DNA of 62,746 nt, filler included, from Rhabdomonas costata (GCA_019059605.1; 33 parts of 33 records of this genome joined end to end with filler, not necessarily neighbours in it); one strand, 5' to 3'. Numbered from the whole stretch's first letter, positions 24,113 to 37,160 are shown. Made by a program: numbers and translations. Notes: generated from the sequence alone by a model not told the origin.

Positions 24113-27100
24113 GCGAGTGTTCTAGTCCTAAGGCATGCCCGAAACTTTCTCGCAACCCTCTTTGTGTTCCGCTTTCCGCTTTCACGTTCTCATTACCGTA
24201 TTGCGAAAACATTTGTCATGTTCCGTCTGTCTCTATACTCCTTGTTTGTTTGTAATTGAGGCGTGATTTCTGGCTCCACCACTCATTTTCATGTGTTCCT
24301 TTATATTTCCTGCTGTTTTTTCTGGCAGGGGGATCCAGCAACACCTTTCTAGCCTCTTCCACCTGCCTCCGGATTTACACGCAGTGATCGGATCCACTTT
24401 CTTGCCTAACTAACCAAGCCAATGGCCTCCCTGGTACCTGGTACCCAAAAACATGGTGTGATGTGGGATGGTTGTTATTCAGATTTTGGCGAAGTGACAA
24501 CTTTCCAACTTTGACTGCAATTCTGCGCCCTGGCTGCGGACCTTTTTTCCAGGTTTATTCATTGTCTTTATGCGTAGGCATGAAAACTCGAAAACAATCA
24601 CACACTTCAGAGAGAATGAAGACAGACGCAGGCACATCATCCGCACACCCCCTTCGCACGNNNNNNNNNNNNNNNNNNNNNNNNNNNNNNNNNNNNNNNN
24701 NNNNTTAATTAATTAANNNNNNNNNNNNNNNNNNNNNNNNNNNNNNNNNNNNNNNNNNNNTTGTGGGAGGATATGTGTGTATGGTGCACACGTAGTCGGA
24801 GAGGGCGTCGTTGTCGAAATCCGCCAGGGCCCGGGGCAGGCCCGGGGTCAGCACGAGCTCCCTCACGGTGGAGTATCTCAGCTTGCACTTTGGGTCCAGT
24901 ATGATCGCCACGGCCAGAAGGGTGTCCACAACCTGAATCCCATCAGCAGCCGCAACGGGGGACAATTGCGAGCTGGGTGCATAGTGCGCTGGCTGTTGCC
25001 TAAATTGCGGTTGGTGACCGCTGTGGACTAACGGGTGCACGCGAGGGGAACCTTGGGAGTGAAGGGCGCCGCGGGGTACGGGCTCACCGAACGTGCCACA
25101 TACGGTAACTTCCATTCTGCCACACGGGTCCCGGGCCTTTCTCGCACAGCTTTTTTCCCACGGTACCCTAACTGTTCCATTGCTGGTCAGGTTTCTAAGG
25201 CTACCCCTCCTTGGGGGTTGGGCTCTCTCATCGTGGGACAATTGTACTGGGAGCGTTAATATTTACAGTTCAAGATGAGACTGGATAACATTCAAAATGA
25301 GAGTTTGAAACCTATTGATAAATTCTATACCAATTCGTTCCGTCGGAGCGCTGATGAATCAAGGGTGTTCTTTTTATTTCTGAAAAAATTCATCTTGATG
25401 AATGTTATCATCTCCTATCTTGAGAAAGAACTGCGGTAGTAAAGCTAGCCGTTTTTGGACTTTTGGTGGACCAGGAGATTTATATTGCTGGGCTTGGGGC
25501 TTTGGCGGACGCGCAGCAAATGTTCTAGTTCGTTTTGGCTGTTTATTGATTGAAATTGGCAGTTCCCCGCGTGGCTGAAGCGACCTGCTGAGTTTGGACA
25601 TAGCACCGAGTGAGGATGGGAGATGCCAAGCGGGTGTTGACAATTGGCCACAACCATACTCGCGCATGAATCAATCTTCCTCTTCCGTATCAAGGACTGT
25701 GTTTCACATCCTAATCTGGTGTCTCGTGAATATTATTCGCAGTATTCCTGGCGATCGGCGACGTCCACCACAAAAAGGCTGATTCCATGAGTTTGTGCAT
25801 GTCTTTAAACGGAAGGGGATGGCGACTCACTCACGGTTAGGGCAAAGAAGGTGCAAAGGGTGCTGGAGAGACCGAGGGAAAATTGGGGATAAAAGGAAAT
25901 TAGATGAAGACTCCACTAACTGATCGAACACTTGATTCTTAATCAGCTCAGCATCGGGGGAGGGGGCACCGAGGGTGGGGTGCTGTGCTCCGTGTCAAAG
26001 CAGTCGATGAGCTGGGCCACCATGGTCGGCGAGAGCTGCTGCAGGGCCTCCGAGGGGGCCATCTGCGGGGGCGCAGGAGCGGCGCCGCCCGGAGCCGACG
26101 ATGCGCTGCGGGACGCTGAAACAGCCTAAGGTGTGAGTGAGCGACGGTGTGGAAGAGCGAGAGAAAAGCAACGCAACAGAAAAGTGTGTGTGTGTGTGTG
26201 TAGGTGCGTGCGTGTGGTGGGGAAGGGGGCGGAAACAGCCACAAAGCAAAGGAAGAGCGGAGTTGAAGGACACGGAAGATGAAGGCAAGGCATTCCCCCA
26301 TATTCACTCGCAGTACTATATAGTATTGTTCACTTTAAAGACGGTATAGCTCGTCGCTTTCTTTTGCGGATATTTTTCTATCGAAATGTACCGCTTCGTG
26401 AAACCTTGCAGAATCACAGCAAAGAAGGTCAGTGACTTTTTTAGCTCACACCAAAGGAAGAGCAGGAAGCCGTCTCAGGGCTGATACAAACATCGCACAT
26501 ATTGCATAACTTTCCCTGCCACAACACGCCAACCTCTGCAACTTCTATCCCGTCTCAACACACAANNNNNNNNNNNNNNNNNNNNNNNNNNNNNNNNNNN
26601 NNNNNNNNNTTAATTAATTAANNNNNNNNNNNNNNNNNNNNNNNNNNNNNNNNNNNNNNNNNNNNGGTGTTTTGTAATGTGGTGTGCACCAGGCAAAAGC
26701 ATCTGCGCTGTTGTGGGTTGTGTTTTTGAAGGAATACACCTACTGGAAGGCAAACACACCCAGCAGGCCACGTCGAAAGTTCCACTATGTTTCCCTTTCT
26801 CACCTTTTGGCGGAAAGTTGTCAGGGCTCACTTGCACGCAACACATGGCTGGGGAGTAGCGATTTTATGTCGGAGGGACGCTTGCGCATAGAACATCTGC
26901 TCCTCCTGTTGGTCGGCTTCCGGCCACAAATTCATTGTAAAATCCGAACAAAAAAATTCCCCTCGTTAGTAAATGCAGACCGATTCGGACAGGGTTCAAA
27001 TGCATTTGCTATCGGACCCGATGCTACCGTCAGAGCTCCGGCCGCGGGTGCTTTCCCCAAAAATAATCCGCTTCGTCCGTACACAAGGTTTCGGCTTGAA

Positions 27101-27393
27101 ATTTTCCTTCATTTGATTGAACTGAACACCTTGCAGCACACGTGCAGTACATTCGATGCCTTTAACAAAAAAAACTGCTTGGTCATAATCAACAGTTATA
27201 ACCATGGTTAGTAATCATGTCAAGTAATAATGTCCGGCAGGGAAGAACTGTTGTCCCATCTGATGTCCTTAGTCACCCATGCATCGTGAAGCCACTTCGG
27301 GCGACGTTGATAAAGAAACCTGCCGTGACCTTGGACCTTTTTTTTTGCTTCACGACATGCTCTTTGTGCAGCTTCTACCGTGTTAAAGCAATA

Positions 27394-27690
27394 ATGTCTG
27401 TCATCACCAAGTACGGCTGGGACGAAACGGAGACTGTGGTGAAGGTCTACGTCGACCACGAGGGGGTTACTGAGGGGGATGTGAGCGTGAACTTTGGGGA
27501 TCAAAGCGTCGAGCTGAAGGTGGGCCAGGCCAAGCTGTTTATCCCGGAGCTCAAGGAACCCATCGTGCCGGGAGAGTGCAAGCACATCGTCAAGGAAGGC
27601 AAGCGCGTGGTGCTCACTCTGAAGAAGCAGAAGACCGGCAAGTGGTGGGACCTCAAGAAGCCCGCTCCCTTCCGCCGCGGAGACGACTGA
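27394..27690 (+). CDS. Small CS (p23/HSP20-like) domain co-chaperone, intronless, 98 aa
   Basis: MSVITKYGWDETETVVKVYV...VSVNFGDQSVELKV...L..PIVPGECKHIVK..RVVLTLKK...KWWDL is the CS-domain pattern seen in CacyBP/SGT1/NudC. GC3 codon bias is strong. Confidence 0.88.
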   Translation: MSVITKYGWDETETVVKVYVDHEGVTEGDVSVNFGDQSVELKVGQAKLFIPELKEPIVPGECKHIVKEGKRVVLTLKKQKTGKWWDLKKPAPFRRGDD

Positions 27691-28593
27691 GTGGATCCCT
27701 CATATTCGCTGCCCCGGGTTCGAAAGAAGGACGGGTTGGAAACTTTGAAATATTTTGTTTGTGAGAATACATAAAGTAATAATACATAAACATGGACAAG
27801 AAGTGTTTGGTTGGTCGTTGGTCGTGCACCGGTCGATCCGTGAGTGCTGAACCGGCTGGCGCTGCTGTGTGCTCGCACTCTTTAAATTTGGAAGGGACCT
27901 GTCGAACCGTTTTTTATGATCCGTTTCCAAGAAAAACAGGCCTTGATCCATTTGTGAGCCTCCCTTTATTTCTATTTTTTTCCACAGGCCCATCCCGTTG
28001 CTGGCTGAGAACCTGAACCTTTGGCTCTGGTGCTGTTGTTATTGACGATGGCGCGTTGTCCAGCTGTGTTGTGAAAGTTTGCGTTCAAAAGGGACTGCAC
28101 CACCTCTCATAGACTGGTGCTGCTGCGCCCTCTGTACACCTTCAGTTGCCGTCTTTTCCCAAAGCTTTTCCCAATGGATGGGTGATGGATAAGTTAACGC
28201 GTCTGCCGAAATTTCATCACGCCTCCATCCAATTCTTTCAAGCAGGCCACTGCGTCGGACCCACGCCCAGCTTGTGCTCCTTTGCCGTTCGCTGGTCTGT
28301 GAACGTCGCCGGTCCGTCATTTGTGAATTTATTTATCCCACCAAGGGCAGCAAGAAAACCTTCCGCTAAGTTGTTTTTTCCAGTGACGGTATCTTTTGCG
28401 GGCAATTAAGTAAGCATGACGATTGCAAAGTCTTTGGGGTCGTCATGCTTACTTAATTGCCCACAACACCNNNNNNNNNNNNNNNNNNNNNNNNNNNNNN
28501 NNNNNNNNNNNNNNTTAATTAATTAANNNNNNNNNNNNNNNNNNNNNNNNNNNNNNNNNNNNNNNNNNNNTGTGGGTTCGGAAGTTCACATTG

Positions 28594-28629
<36 letters not shown>

Positions 28630-29538
28630 CGCGCGTCCACCCGCAACTGAAACTGATTCTCTCGAAACAAGGGAAGAACGAGCTGCATGCGCCAACCTCA
28701 AGCCCATGTCCGCGTGTTAACCCAACGACACACACGGCGTTCAGCATATGACGGGCAGATGGGCCCACAGAACGACAATCCCCACGACCCCTACAGCACA
28801 CTAGTGCATTCCAAGAACAAGAAGCTCAGATGACGACAAGTGCGGGCACTAATGTACCAGCAAGGTTTGCAGGCGTACACATAAAGAAAGACACCTGAGG
28901 AGTACGTGTAATGTTTGGGGTGTGCAGAAATAGAAAGTCTACGGACACGACGGTGGATAGGTAATTGATGCGATGAGGGGGGAGAGAGGTAAAAACGCCG
29001 TGTGGGTGCAGAGAAAGCAAAATCATCCGCCCACACATCAGTGGACTGGCCCTCTCGGAAAACTGGAAAGACATACAAATCCAATGTGAAGGAGGAGCGA
29101 GGAGCACACGGTGAGGGTGGGAAGCAGAAAGCACCCCAAATGGGGGTCTTCATGCAGGCCACAGCTTTGCAGGCAAAAGTCCGGAAGTTGGAAAATATAC
29201 CCGCAACTTGACCTTTGTGACTCCACACCTCGCGGGGATCAAGATCGCCGCATCAGCAAAACAGAAAAAAAGAAAGAGGTTGCGGAAGAGGATGGGTAGT
29301 AACTAAAAGAGGGTGATACAACACCCCAGCGGCAGCACGAAAATGAGGACAGAAAGTAGAAAGCTGGCGCGCACAGGACAAAAAGGGTGATACGGTGGTA
29401 GAGATAGCGTGCCGGAGCAGCCAAAACACCAAAAACGGCAAAATCTTTAGAAGAAAACTAGTGAACCAGCCTTGTGGCAACGTGAGCAATCTCACAAGTG
29501 CCGCAAGGCGCAGCGACCAGAGCACATGCAAAAGCATC

Positions 29539-30290
29539 CTACAGCTGCGGGGCGTAGTTCTCGGTTCCCAAAGCGCGGCGAGGAGGGCTGCATCGGGTGC
29601 TGCGGCGGTACGAGGGGGACCCCGAGCGAGTGGAGCTGGGGTGCCGAAGCACCAGGTACATCGAGTCGCCCGTCGACCGGGCGGTGGTGGAGGTGCGTTG
29701 CGAGCAGGACGTGGGAGGGAGCGCAGGGGGGCGCAGCGCAGGCACCTTCGGGAGCTGCGAAGCGGAGAGAAGGGATGGGAGAAGAGATAGCGGCTTAGCA
29801 CAATTTAGAGCACAGTACAAGCACAAGGACAAAAAGCAGCCAAGCAGCGACGGAGGATCGCAGAGATCCATGCCACAGTGAAGGTTCCAAGGGTTGGTTC
29901 GGAGAATCCGAATGCGAATAAAATCCAACGTGATGCAGGGGCAAGAAGATATCGTTCAGAACTTGGAAATTTGTCAGAAGAGTCGCGCAGCTTTAAAACA
30001 CACCAGGATAGGGGGACACGCAAAGAAGAATTTACTGCAAGGGTAAAACAGAAAACAAACCCAGGCGAGCTGAAAATGGCATCACACAAAAAGGATACCA
30101 CCGTGGGCAGTACATAGCGCTCGTCCGACAGCTTCAGTCGAGCTGATCGGAGTTGTGGTTCGACCGCTTCAGAAGGGGTCTCCGGCGCCAGCCGCACCGA
30201 CCGAGGGGTCTTGCGGCGGGTCGTCAGAGCATGGCCAGAGCTCCCCCCATCAGCTTCAACGCGCTGCCCCATCACAGCGACAACCACGCA
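29539..30290 (-). CDS. Hypothetical low-complexity Arg/Ser/Pro-rich protein, probably last two exons
   Basis: Two GC-rich open segments (...RKTPRSVRLAPETPSEAVEPQLRSARLKLSDER and ...SQLPKVPALRPP...TENYAPQL*) are separated by pyrimidine-rich DNA. Boundaries are uncertain. Confidence 0.35.
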
Positions 30291-32454
30291 GATGCAAACG
30301 AAATGACAGATACTTTCAGACGGGTCACTGTCGTCACCACCAGATGCGAATACACTAACTCACAGTGCTTGCACAAGACCAGTGGNNNNNNNNNNNNNNN
30401 NNNNNNNNNNNNNNNNNNNNNNNNNNNNNTTAATTAATTAANNNNNNNNNNNNNNNNNNNNNNNNNNNNNNNNNNNNNNNNNNNNGTGTTGGGTGTGGTT
30501 GGGGTTTTTTTTGGCCTCGCCGTGGTTTGGCCTTGCCTTTGATGGGGGGCAAATGGGCGCCTTTTCTGGGTGTCATCGGGCACATAATTGTCTTCTATAT
30601 GTTTTGTACCATTCCATTTCAATCCGTGGCAAATGAATAACGTCCGCTGATGCGTGATGCTTCTGCTAATTCTGGTTTGCCGGTTCTGGAGAGTGCCATG
30701 CCTGTGGATACCTTGTTTTAGGTTCAGTGTTGTTCCCGGGCTGTTTGTGGAGGAGTTTCCAAGCGTAGTGGCCGGATGTACGGTATGTAATGCTGTGCGG
30801 GTGTCATTTCAGCTTTTGCGATTGTTTGCCTTTTTCTATCAATTGGGGCGCTTCTTGGCGGCAATGACCCTTCCCCTTCTGTGGCTTCATGGACTCTAAT
30901 GACGCGGTTTCCCCTGTATGATCGGTTCTACCAGCCTAAACGTGGGCGGGGAAGGCTCTCTAGGCCAGGGCGGACCACAAGGACCTCATGACTTTGAGGG
31001 AAGGATATTCACGGGCCGTGTGCAGAGGTTTCCTGCCTTTGGTTTTTTCCCCTTCACCTTCCCTTTGCTTCTCTTATTGCGGAGTTGCTGAAAACCCTGT
31101 TGCATTTCCCCAGGTAAGAGCGGATCTAGTCCAGTGAAGGATGGTCTGCCTCTACTGTGTTTATTGCTTTGATCTTGCACAGTGCAAAGCCACTCGAAGT
31201 TGGACGGGCGGGAGTCGTTTTGGAACTGCCCGCAGGCTAGTTATCGCCAGGGTCTGGGTGACCAAGGGCAACGTTGCGTCTCTCAACTCCTCCCTCCTCC
31301 GTTTTACACAAGAAAGACATTTTATCTGTCCATGGCTCCCATTTTACAGCACGCAGAATCACTTCCCATTGTGATGTTTTTTGTATCTCTGGTTGCTGAT
31401 TAGGTGGCTAACGCGGCTGAAGTATGGGTTTGTTGTCCCCGAGGACGCCGGCCTGTTGCAGACGCTTGGGATGGGACCAGAAGCCCGCCTTAGAGTCGAC
31501 CTGGAAAGCCTTGAGGAGGGGTATGGTGGTTTTTCCATTCTTCTGCTTTTTATTTCCCGGTGAGGGTTTCTTTCGGGCTGAGGTTATCGATCGGTGAATT
31601 GCCGGGAAATGCTGTTTGTGTTGGCTGTTGGATTCTATTGTACACAAGCATACCATGGTTGGGCCGAATGGCTCACTTGTGTTCCGGAGCTCATTTCCGG
31701 GGCTCATTTCCGGGGCTAAAAGACATTTCATTGTATGTGAGGTATTTGATTTCTTTCATTGGAAATGATGTTTTCGCATCAGCTGAAATGCGTGATACCA
31801 CAAAGAGTTCACCAAAACTTCGATGCACCAAATGAGAGCTTTTACGAACAGGAAGCACGTTTTAATTCGACTCCCCCAACCCAAACCAAAAATCGAAAGG
31901 CGCTTGCGTTTCTCGCCCCCCTCCTTGAAGTTTGTTTTTGGTATTCTAATTTTACTTTTTGCCGGGAGTTAGGTTGCGATGCATGCATCCCCCAGGATCC
32001 AGATGTAAGATTCTAAGAGCGGCTCAGGTGGCGATGTCTTCTCGTCTTTGGGCTGAAGCGGGTCACTCAAGTCTCTGGAGTAGCTTGGCTTCGGCGTGGC
32101 AATGTAGCAAAGAAGGGATGAGTGTGAGTTTTGGAAAGTGTTTGAGGGGTTATTGTCTGGAACAGGCTGACCCCTGAGGGGATGACCTCTGGGTCGCCGG
32201 TACAGTTTTCAGTGGGCCGGGAGACCCACCCGCAGTCCATTCACGCGGGTCGATTGTACTGTGCGGTGCGGGTGGGTCTCCCCCCCCCACNNNNNNNNNN
32301 NNNNNNNNNNNNNNNNNNNNNNNNNNNNNNNNNNTTAATTAATTAANNNNNNNNNNNNNNNNNNNNNNNNNNNNNNNNNNNNNNNNNNNNGTGTTTTGTT
32401 GTTATATAACTTTTTTGTTCTAATAATTGTATTAATAATTCTTCATTAACAGAT

Positions 32455-32961
32455 ACTTTTGATACATCGCAGATTGATAATGTATATTTTTCAAAACGAT
32501 CTGTTAATGAAGAATTATTAATACAATTATTAGAACAAAAAAGTTATATAACTACAAAACATACAAATAGAAAGAACGAAGAAATGTTACCGTATATATG
32601 TAAAAACGATCGTAAACAATTTTATATACATACAGGCGATGTTATAAAACTAGCAATAAAATTAAAACAAAAAGATATGTTCGAACAACATTGTATATTA
32701 AATGCTTCAGATATGGTTGGTGTATTATTAGGATATTTAGGTGGTTATTGGGAAGCTGGTTTTGATGATCCTGTTGGTAGTACTGAATATGGATCTGGTG
32801 AAGGAGATAGAGATTTATATGATGATGAAGAATATTTAGCTTCTGTTTCTACACTGATATCAGGTAATTGTTATGTAACTTCAGCATTATCACAAATTGG
32901 AACAATAAATCAAAATCCTTGGACAAATCCTCAAAATTTATCAACTATTCTGGTTACATAA
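32455..32961 (+). CDS. Hypothetical protein of the AT-rich virus-like contig, 5' truncated
   Basis: The frame is open from about 32455 (TFDTSQIDNVYFSKRSVNEELL...) through the ORF-track Met at 32584 to a TAA. It is intronless with AT-rich codons. Confidence 0.7.
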   Translation, partial: TFDTSQIDNVYFSKRSVNEELLIQLLEQKSYITTKHTNRKNEEMLPYICKNDRKQFYIHTGDVIKLAIKLKQKDMFEQHCILNASDMVGVLLGYLGGYWEAGFDDPVGSTEYGSGEGDRDLYDDEEYLASVSTLISGNCYVTSALSQIGTINQNPWTNPQNLSTILVT

Positions 32962-32995
32962 TAAAAATAATAACAAATTAATTATTATTTTTATT
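32960..32995. terminator. AT-rich hairpin between convergent genes (candidate giant-virus polyadenylation hairpin)
   Basis: aataaaaataataa - caaattaa - ttattatttttatt: a perfect 14-bp stem with an 8-nt loop, filling the gap between two stop codons. Confidence 0.6.
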
Positions 32996-33340
32996 TTAAA
33001 CTTTATTTAAACTGTAATCATTTATTGTTGTATGAGGATAAACAGGTGTATCTCCTTCTTCATCTTCATGTATTTTCAAATAATAATGTTTTAATAAACT
33101 TAGCCATTCTATCTGTATCCATTGATCAGATGGTCTTTTAAATATATCTTTTGCTGTCCATTCTTTCGCACTTACAAATTGTCTGTTTGACATACTCTGT
33201 ATTGGTATATTACATATCACAGCGAAATCATCTAATGTTATTTTATTTATAGACGTCATTATATCATGTATATTATTTCTCTCTTCAAATGTCATTGGTT
33301 GTTGTTTTGTTTGTTGTTGTTGTGTTTGTGTTTGTTTCAT
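32996..33340 (-). CDS. Hypothetical protein (114 aa), virus-like contig
   Basis: ATG-started 114-codon ORF in very AT-rich DNA, where such ORFs are unlikely by chance, tightly packed with its neighbours. Confidence 0.75.
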   Translation of the reverse strand: MKQTQTQQQQTKQQPMTFEERNNIHDIMTSINKITLDDFAVICNIPIQSMSNRQFVSAKEWTAKDIFKRPSDQWIQIEWLSLLKHYYLKIHEDEEGDTPVYPHTTINDYSLNKV

Positions 33341-33377
33341 TTCTACTATTATTAGATATTCTTTTTTTTAAGTTCTT

Positions 33378-33644
33378 TTAATAATTTGTCATATAATAGT
33401 TGTCTCTTTGATTTAATATTTCATTCTTATATTCATTTATTTTATCACGTAACATTTGTTGTGTTATTATTTCAGTTTGTTCTATTCCAATTGCTGATCT
33501 CCACATCGCATGAGAATCTAATATACTATCAGTTGGTGGTTCATTATATAATCTTTGATAATATATTTCAAACACATCTCGTACTGTTACTATTTCTTTT
33601 GATTCTTTCATATTTATTATTTCTAACAATAATTCTTTACTCAT
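33378..33644 (-). CDS. Hypothetical protein (88 aa), virus-like contig
   Basis: ATG-started ORF MSKELLLEIINMKESKE..., co-oriented with its neighbours and separated from them by 37-72 nt. Confidence 0.7.
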   Translation of the reverse strand: MSKELLLEIINMKESKEIVTVRDVFEIYYQRLYNEPPTDSILDSHAMWRSAIGIEQTEIITQQMLRDKINEYKNEILNQRDNYYMTNY

Positions 33645-33716
33645 GTTTTTTTCAAAATATTTTTTTAAAATATTTTTAAAAATATTTTTTTATTATTTAT
33701 AATATCAGATTTTTCT

Positions 33717-34195
33717 TTAAATAATTATATTTAAACCACGATGTATATATTTCAATGATAATTTTTTAATACATTCGTCTGTTATATTTGTATTACATCC
33801 GTAACATAAACTGGTTAATGATGATAATTGTTTTATACTTTCATCTGTTATATTTGTATTACATCCACAATGTAAAAATTTTAATGATGATAACTGTTTA
33901 ATGCCGTTATCGGTAAAATTTGTATTTGCATGACAATAGAGATATTTTACGGATAACTGCATTAAGCAAATATCCGTAAAATTATTATTTAATCTACAGT
34001 TTAGATATGTTAACTTCATATTTTTTATTCCTTCATCAGTAAAATTACAATTACAACCACAATCTAAATATTCTAATGATGATAACTGCCTAATGCCGTT
34101 ATCAGTAAAATTCATATTATCACCACAATCTAAATATTTTAATTTTTTTAATCTCTTTAAACCATTATCTGTCATATTACTGTTGAAAACACAAC
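33717..34195 (-). CDS. Leucine-rich repeat protein (about 22-aa LxxLxC..N.NFTD.GI repeats), probably 5' truncated
   Basis: About seven repeats such as LKYLDCGDNMNFTDNGIRQLSS and LEYLDCGCNCNFTDEGIKNMK. This LRR style is common in large DNA viruses of protists. Confidence 0.9.
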
Positions 34196-36419
34196 NNNNN
34201 NNNNNNNNNNNNNNNNNNNNNNNNNNNNNNNNNNNNNNNTTAATTAATTAANNNNNNNNNNNNNNNNNNNNNNNNNNNNNNNNNNNNNNNNNNNNGGGTT
34301 GTTGGGTGAATCTAAAACTTATAAATGACCGGGGGAGGGCGGCTTGCGCCTGCAGCTGCTGTTCGAGCCCTGGTTTGCTCAACGTACTTGCTATGTTGCA
34401 GATTGGAGGTATATAGTCCTATCCGCCGATGCCTTCGCACACACCGGGGTGTCGGTTGAAGTAACGTAAGACCGTGGGAGCGTCTTTTGAATGTACAGCA
34501 TGCGTCTGACTGCCCCAAAATATTCCCTGGCCGTGAACTTGCTGGGAAAGTAAATGGCACATCCAGAGGGTGGGGCCCGTCCTCCTCGGGCTTCTTGCAG
34601 AACTCGATACAAACGTCTGAAAGCAACTTTTCGTGTCTCTGATGCCCCTGCATGCTTGTCCTTCCAAAATAATCCCGGTCAAGAGGTGATGCCTGAATTT
34701 TGTTCGACAGCATCACCTTTTCCACCACCTAAGCTAAAATGCACAGCATTCGGCACATCATCAGTGGAATCTGGGCTATCAATACTGGCAACGTTTTCGC
34801 TTCCACATATCTGAAAATGCAAAAGATAGCGGAAAATATTCCGCATTAAACGATACCTCTATCTTTGCTGAAAAACAATTCCCACACCATTCCCAGAAGA
34901 AGCATGTTTTGGCATCACCGATCAACCTGGAGTCCCAAATATAGCAAATTAAGGAAAAATTTGCGCTTAAAATGTGTCTGCCTTTTCGGCGTCACCTTCC
35001 ATCATCGCTAAAGTTTTAGCTGAGATAGGTCCAGAATCTGTACAGATTCTGTCCCAACATTGACCCTGGGGGAGAAGAGGGAATAGAGGTGCACGATCAT
35101 TTACCAATTATGAATACTTTTATTTTGAGATTCGAGAACGGAGGGAACCTTCGCTCCTCTGTCCTTCTACTCTCAGGGATTCTTTCGATGATCTTTGGTG
35201 GGACGGCGGAGATCCCATCTCACGAATGCCGACCTCACTCCCCAGACCCCTGCGGGCAGGTCTGTTCAAGCCGCCCTCAAGCGTATCAACTCCTCGTCAA
35301 CCCAACGATCCCTTTCTTGTCTTTTTGTGCGTCCACCAGCCTGACTGTTGCGGGAAACCCGAAGATGCTGCGTCTTTTAGGCGTGCAGGGATCCTTTGCT
35401 GTTTGAACTTCGGTCCGTGAGATGCGACACATCACTGGAAGACATTAGCCGGGTTCAGTCAGCGGATGCACCCTGCTCAACCTATGACGCCAGGATTTGT
35501 TACACATCGACCATTTTGTGGATATTGTTGTTCCTGAAACTATTCTGGGATGGGATTCTGTTGCCTTCTTCACATTTACTGAAACAATGACATGGCTTTC
35601 ACTGAAGAGTAAGTACATGCACGCAGCAGGTGATCCCCCCATTCCAGGCACTTATTTTGTATTTCTTCGACATACTTTTTCATGCTTCTGCAGCACAAAA
35701 GAGAGACTTCCTCTTTGACTCATTTTGTCTCAAACGCTGCTATCCTGGTCTCTCCCCCACCACCTGCGGATTTTTGACTTTGGACTGTAGCCCGAAAGTC
35801 ATGTTTTGTTGCTAAAAAAGTGTTCACCATGGAATGCACGAGAGGGCACATCGCCAACGTGACCCCAGCCTCAATGTTGTGTCGGAATCCAGGGAAGTGA
35901 TATCGTAATCAACCTCTGCTCCCCTTCTAACATCGAACATTCTTATGCTATTCCTATGAAAGCGGATGGTCAGAGGTGAGTAGCTTACGGGTATGGATGG
36001 GGATTCGATTCAGCGAGTTACCTTCTGCGAGGAACCCTGTCCTGCCCCTCCGGTGAGTGCTTGCAGCGCTCCTCCCCCGCCACACAAACACACCCACAAN
36101 NNNNNNNNNNNNNNNNNNNNNNNNNNNNNNNNNNNNNNNNNNNTTAATTAATTAANNNNNNNNNNNNNNNNNNNNNNNNNNNNNNNNNNNNNNNNNNNNT
36201 CATATTAATAATGAGCGCATCACTTGCTATGCGGAGATGATGTCTCTCTTGGTTCTGATGACCCCTTTGCCTCCTACGCGAGGTGTGTACGTGCCCGGAG
36301 TCTGCGGGCAGGTACAAAAAAAGCGCACTCGCTCGTACAGAGATACAGAGATAGCCAGGGGGCTGTGAGGCTAGGCCAAAAACGCGAAGGGCGGATGGGG
36401 GGATGGCATGAGCACGTGG

Positions 36420-37160
36420 GGTTGTGGGTCAGCAGCAGGTCTGTAATTTGTTGAAACAGCAGCTCGTCGTCGCTGCTGTACGGGGGTTTCACAGACTGCT
36501 TCAGAGTGGCCACGGAGGTCTCGATGTGCCGATCAAAGTCCACCTTCACAAACTTCGGCAGAGCCTGCACATTGCTGCACACACACACACACACACGAGC
36601 AATCACCACCATATGACTATCACCAGCCACAAGACATGAGACCACCACCGATGGCCCTTCGAAAGCACCACACGCGCCCGACCTCAATGTGGGGGTGCCA
36701 TAAAGACAACCCCAACATAAGCAGACCCAACACCCTCAGCTGAACCTTTATAAGTGGCTCGGACCGTACGGGGCTACCCCGTGAAAGAAAAACCACCAAC
36801 ACCAACGCGGGGACCACGCGCGAACCTTTTCCAAAACGCTGACACTTACACTATTCCAGACGGGATGGGCAGTTTCTTTTGGGGCAACGAATTGCCACCC
36901 ACGTCAGCTATTTCCGTTGACGCGTCAGCAAAACCCAAAATCATAAACGCAGGAAGACAGGGCCAGGAAGTCCGCAAAGCTGGGTCCATTCCGGACCTCG
37001 GATCGAGCCTAACTAGCCCTAACTCACGCCTCGTTCTGGGAGGGGGGTTCTCTTCATACGCGTCGGCCACGGTCTGCTTCCCGTACAGCTGCTTGGGGTG
37101 AGTGTTCTGCAGCAGCAGCTCGCGAGTGGTCAGCTTAGCTCCGCGGTGGAGGTCCATCCC
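36420..37160 (-). CDS. Hypothetical protein, two probable internal exons
   Basis: Coding-like segments DLHRGAKLTTRELLLQNTHPKQLYGKQTVADAYEENPPPRT and ALPKFVKVDFDRHIETSVATLKQSVKPPYSSDDELLFQQITDLLLTHNP. No family recognised. Confidence 0.45.

Noticed and set aside
28400..28462. Perfect 23-bp hairpin as a structured RNA or terminator
   Set aside because: It abuts the contig end and the A/C primer-like tail, so it is a likely snap-back chimera.
32391..32562. About 64-bp inverted repeat as a viral genome hairpin terminus or transposon TIR
   Set aside because: It duplicates coding sequence at the very contig end and mismatches only in the primer-like G/T run. Similar fold-backs occur on host contigs, so it is probably an amplification artefact.
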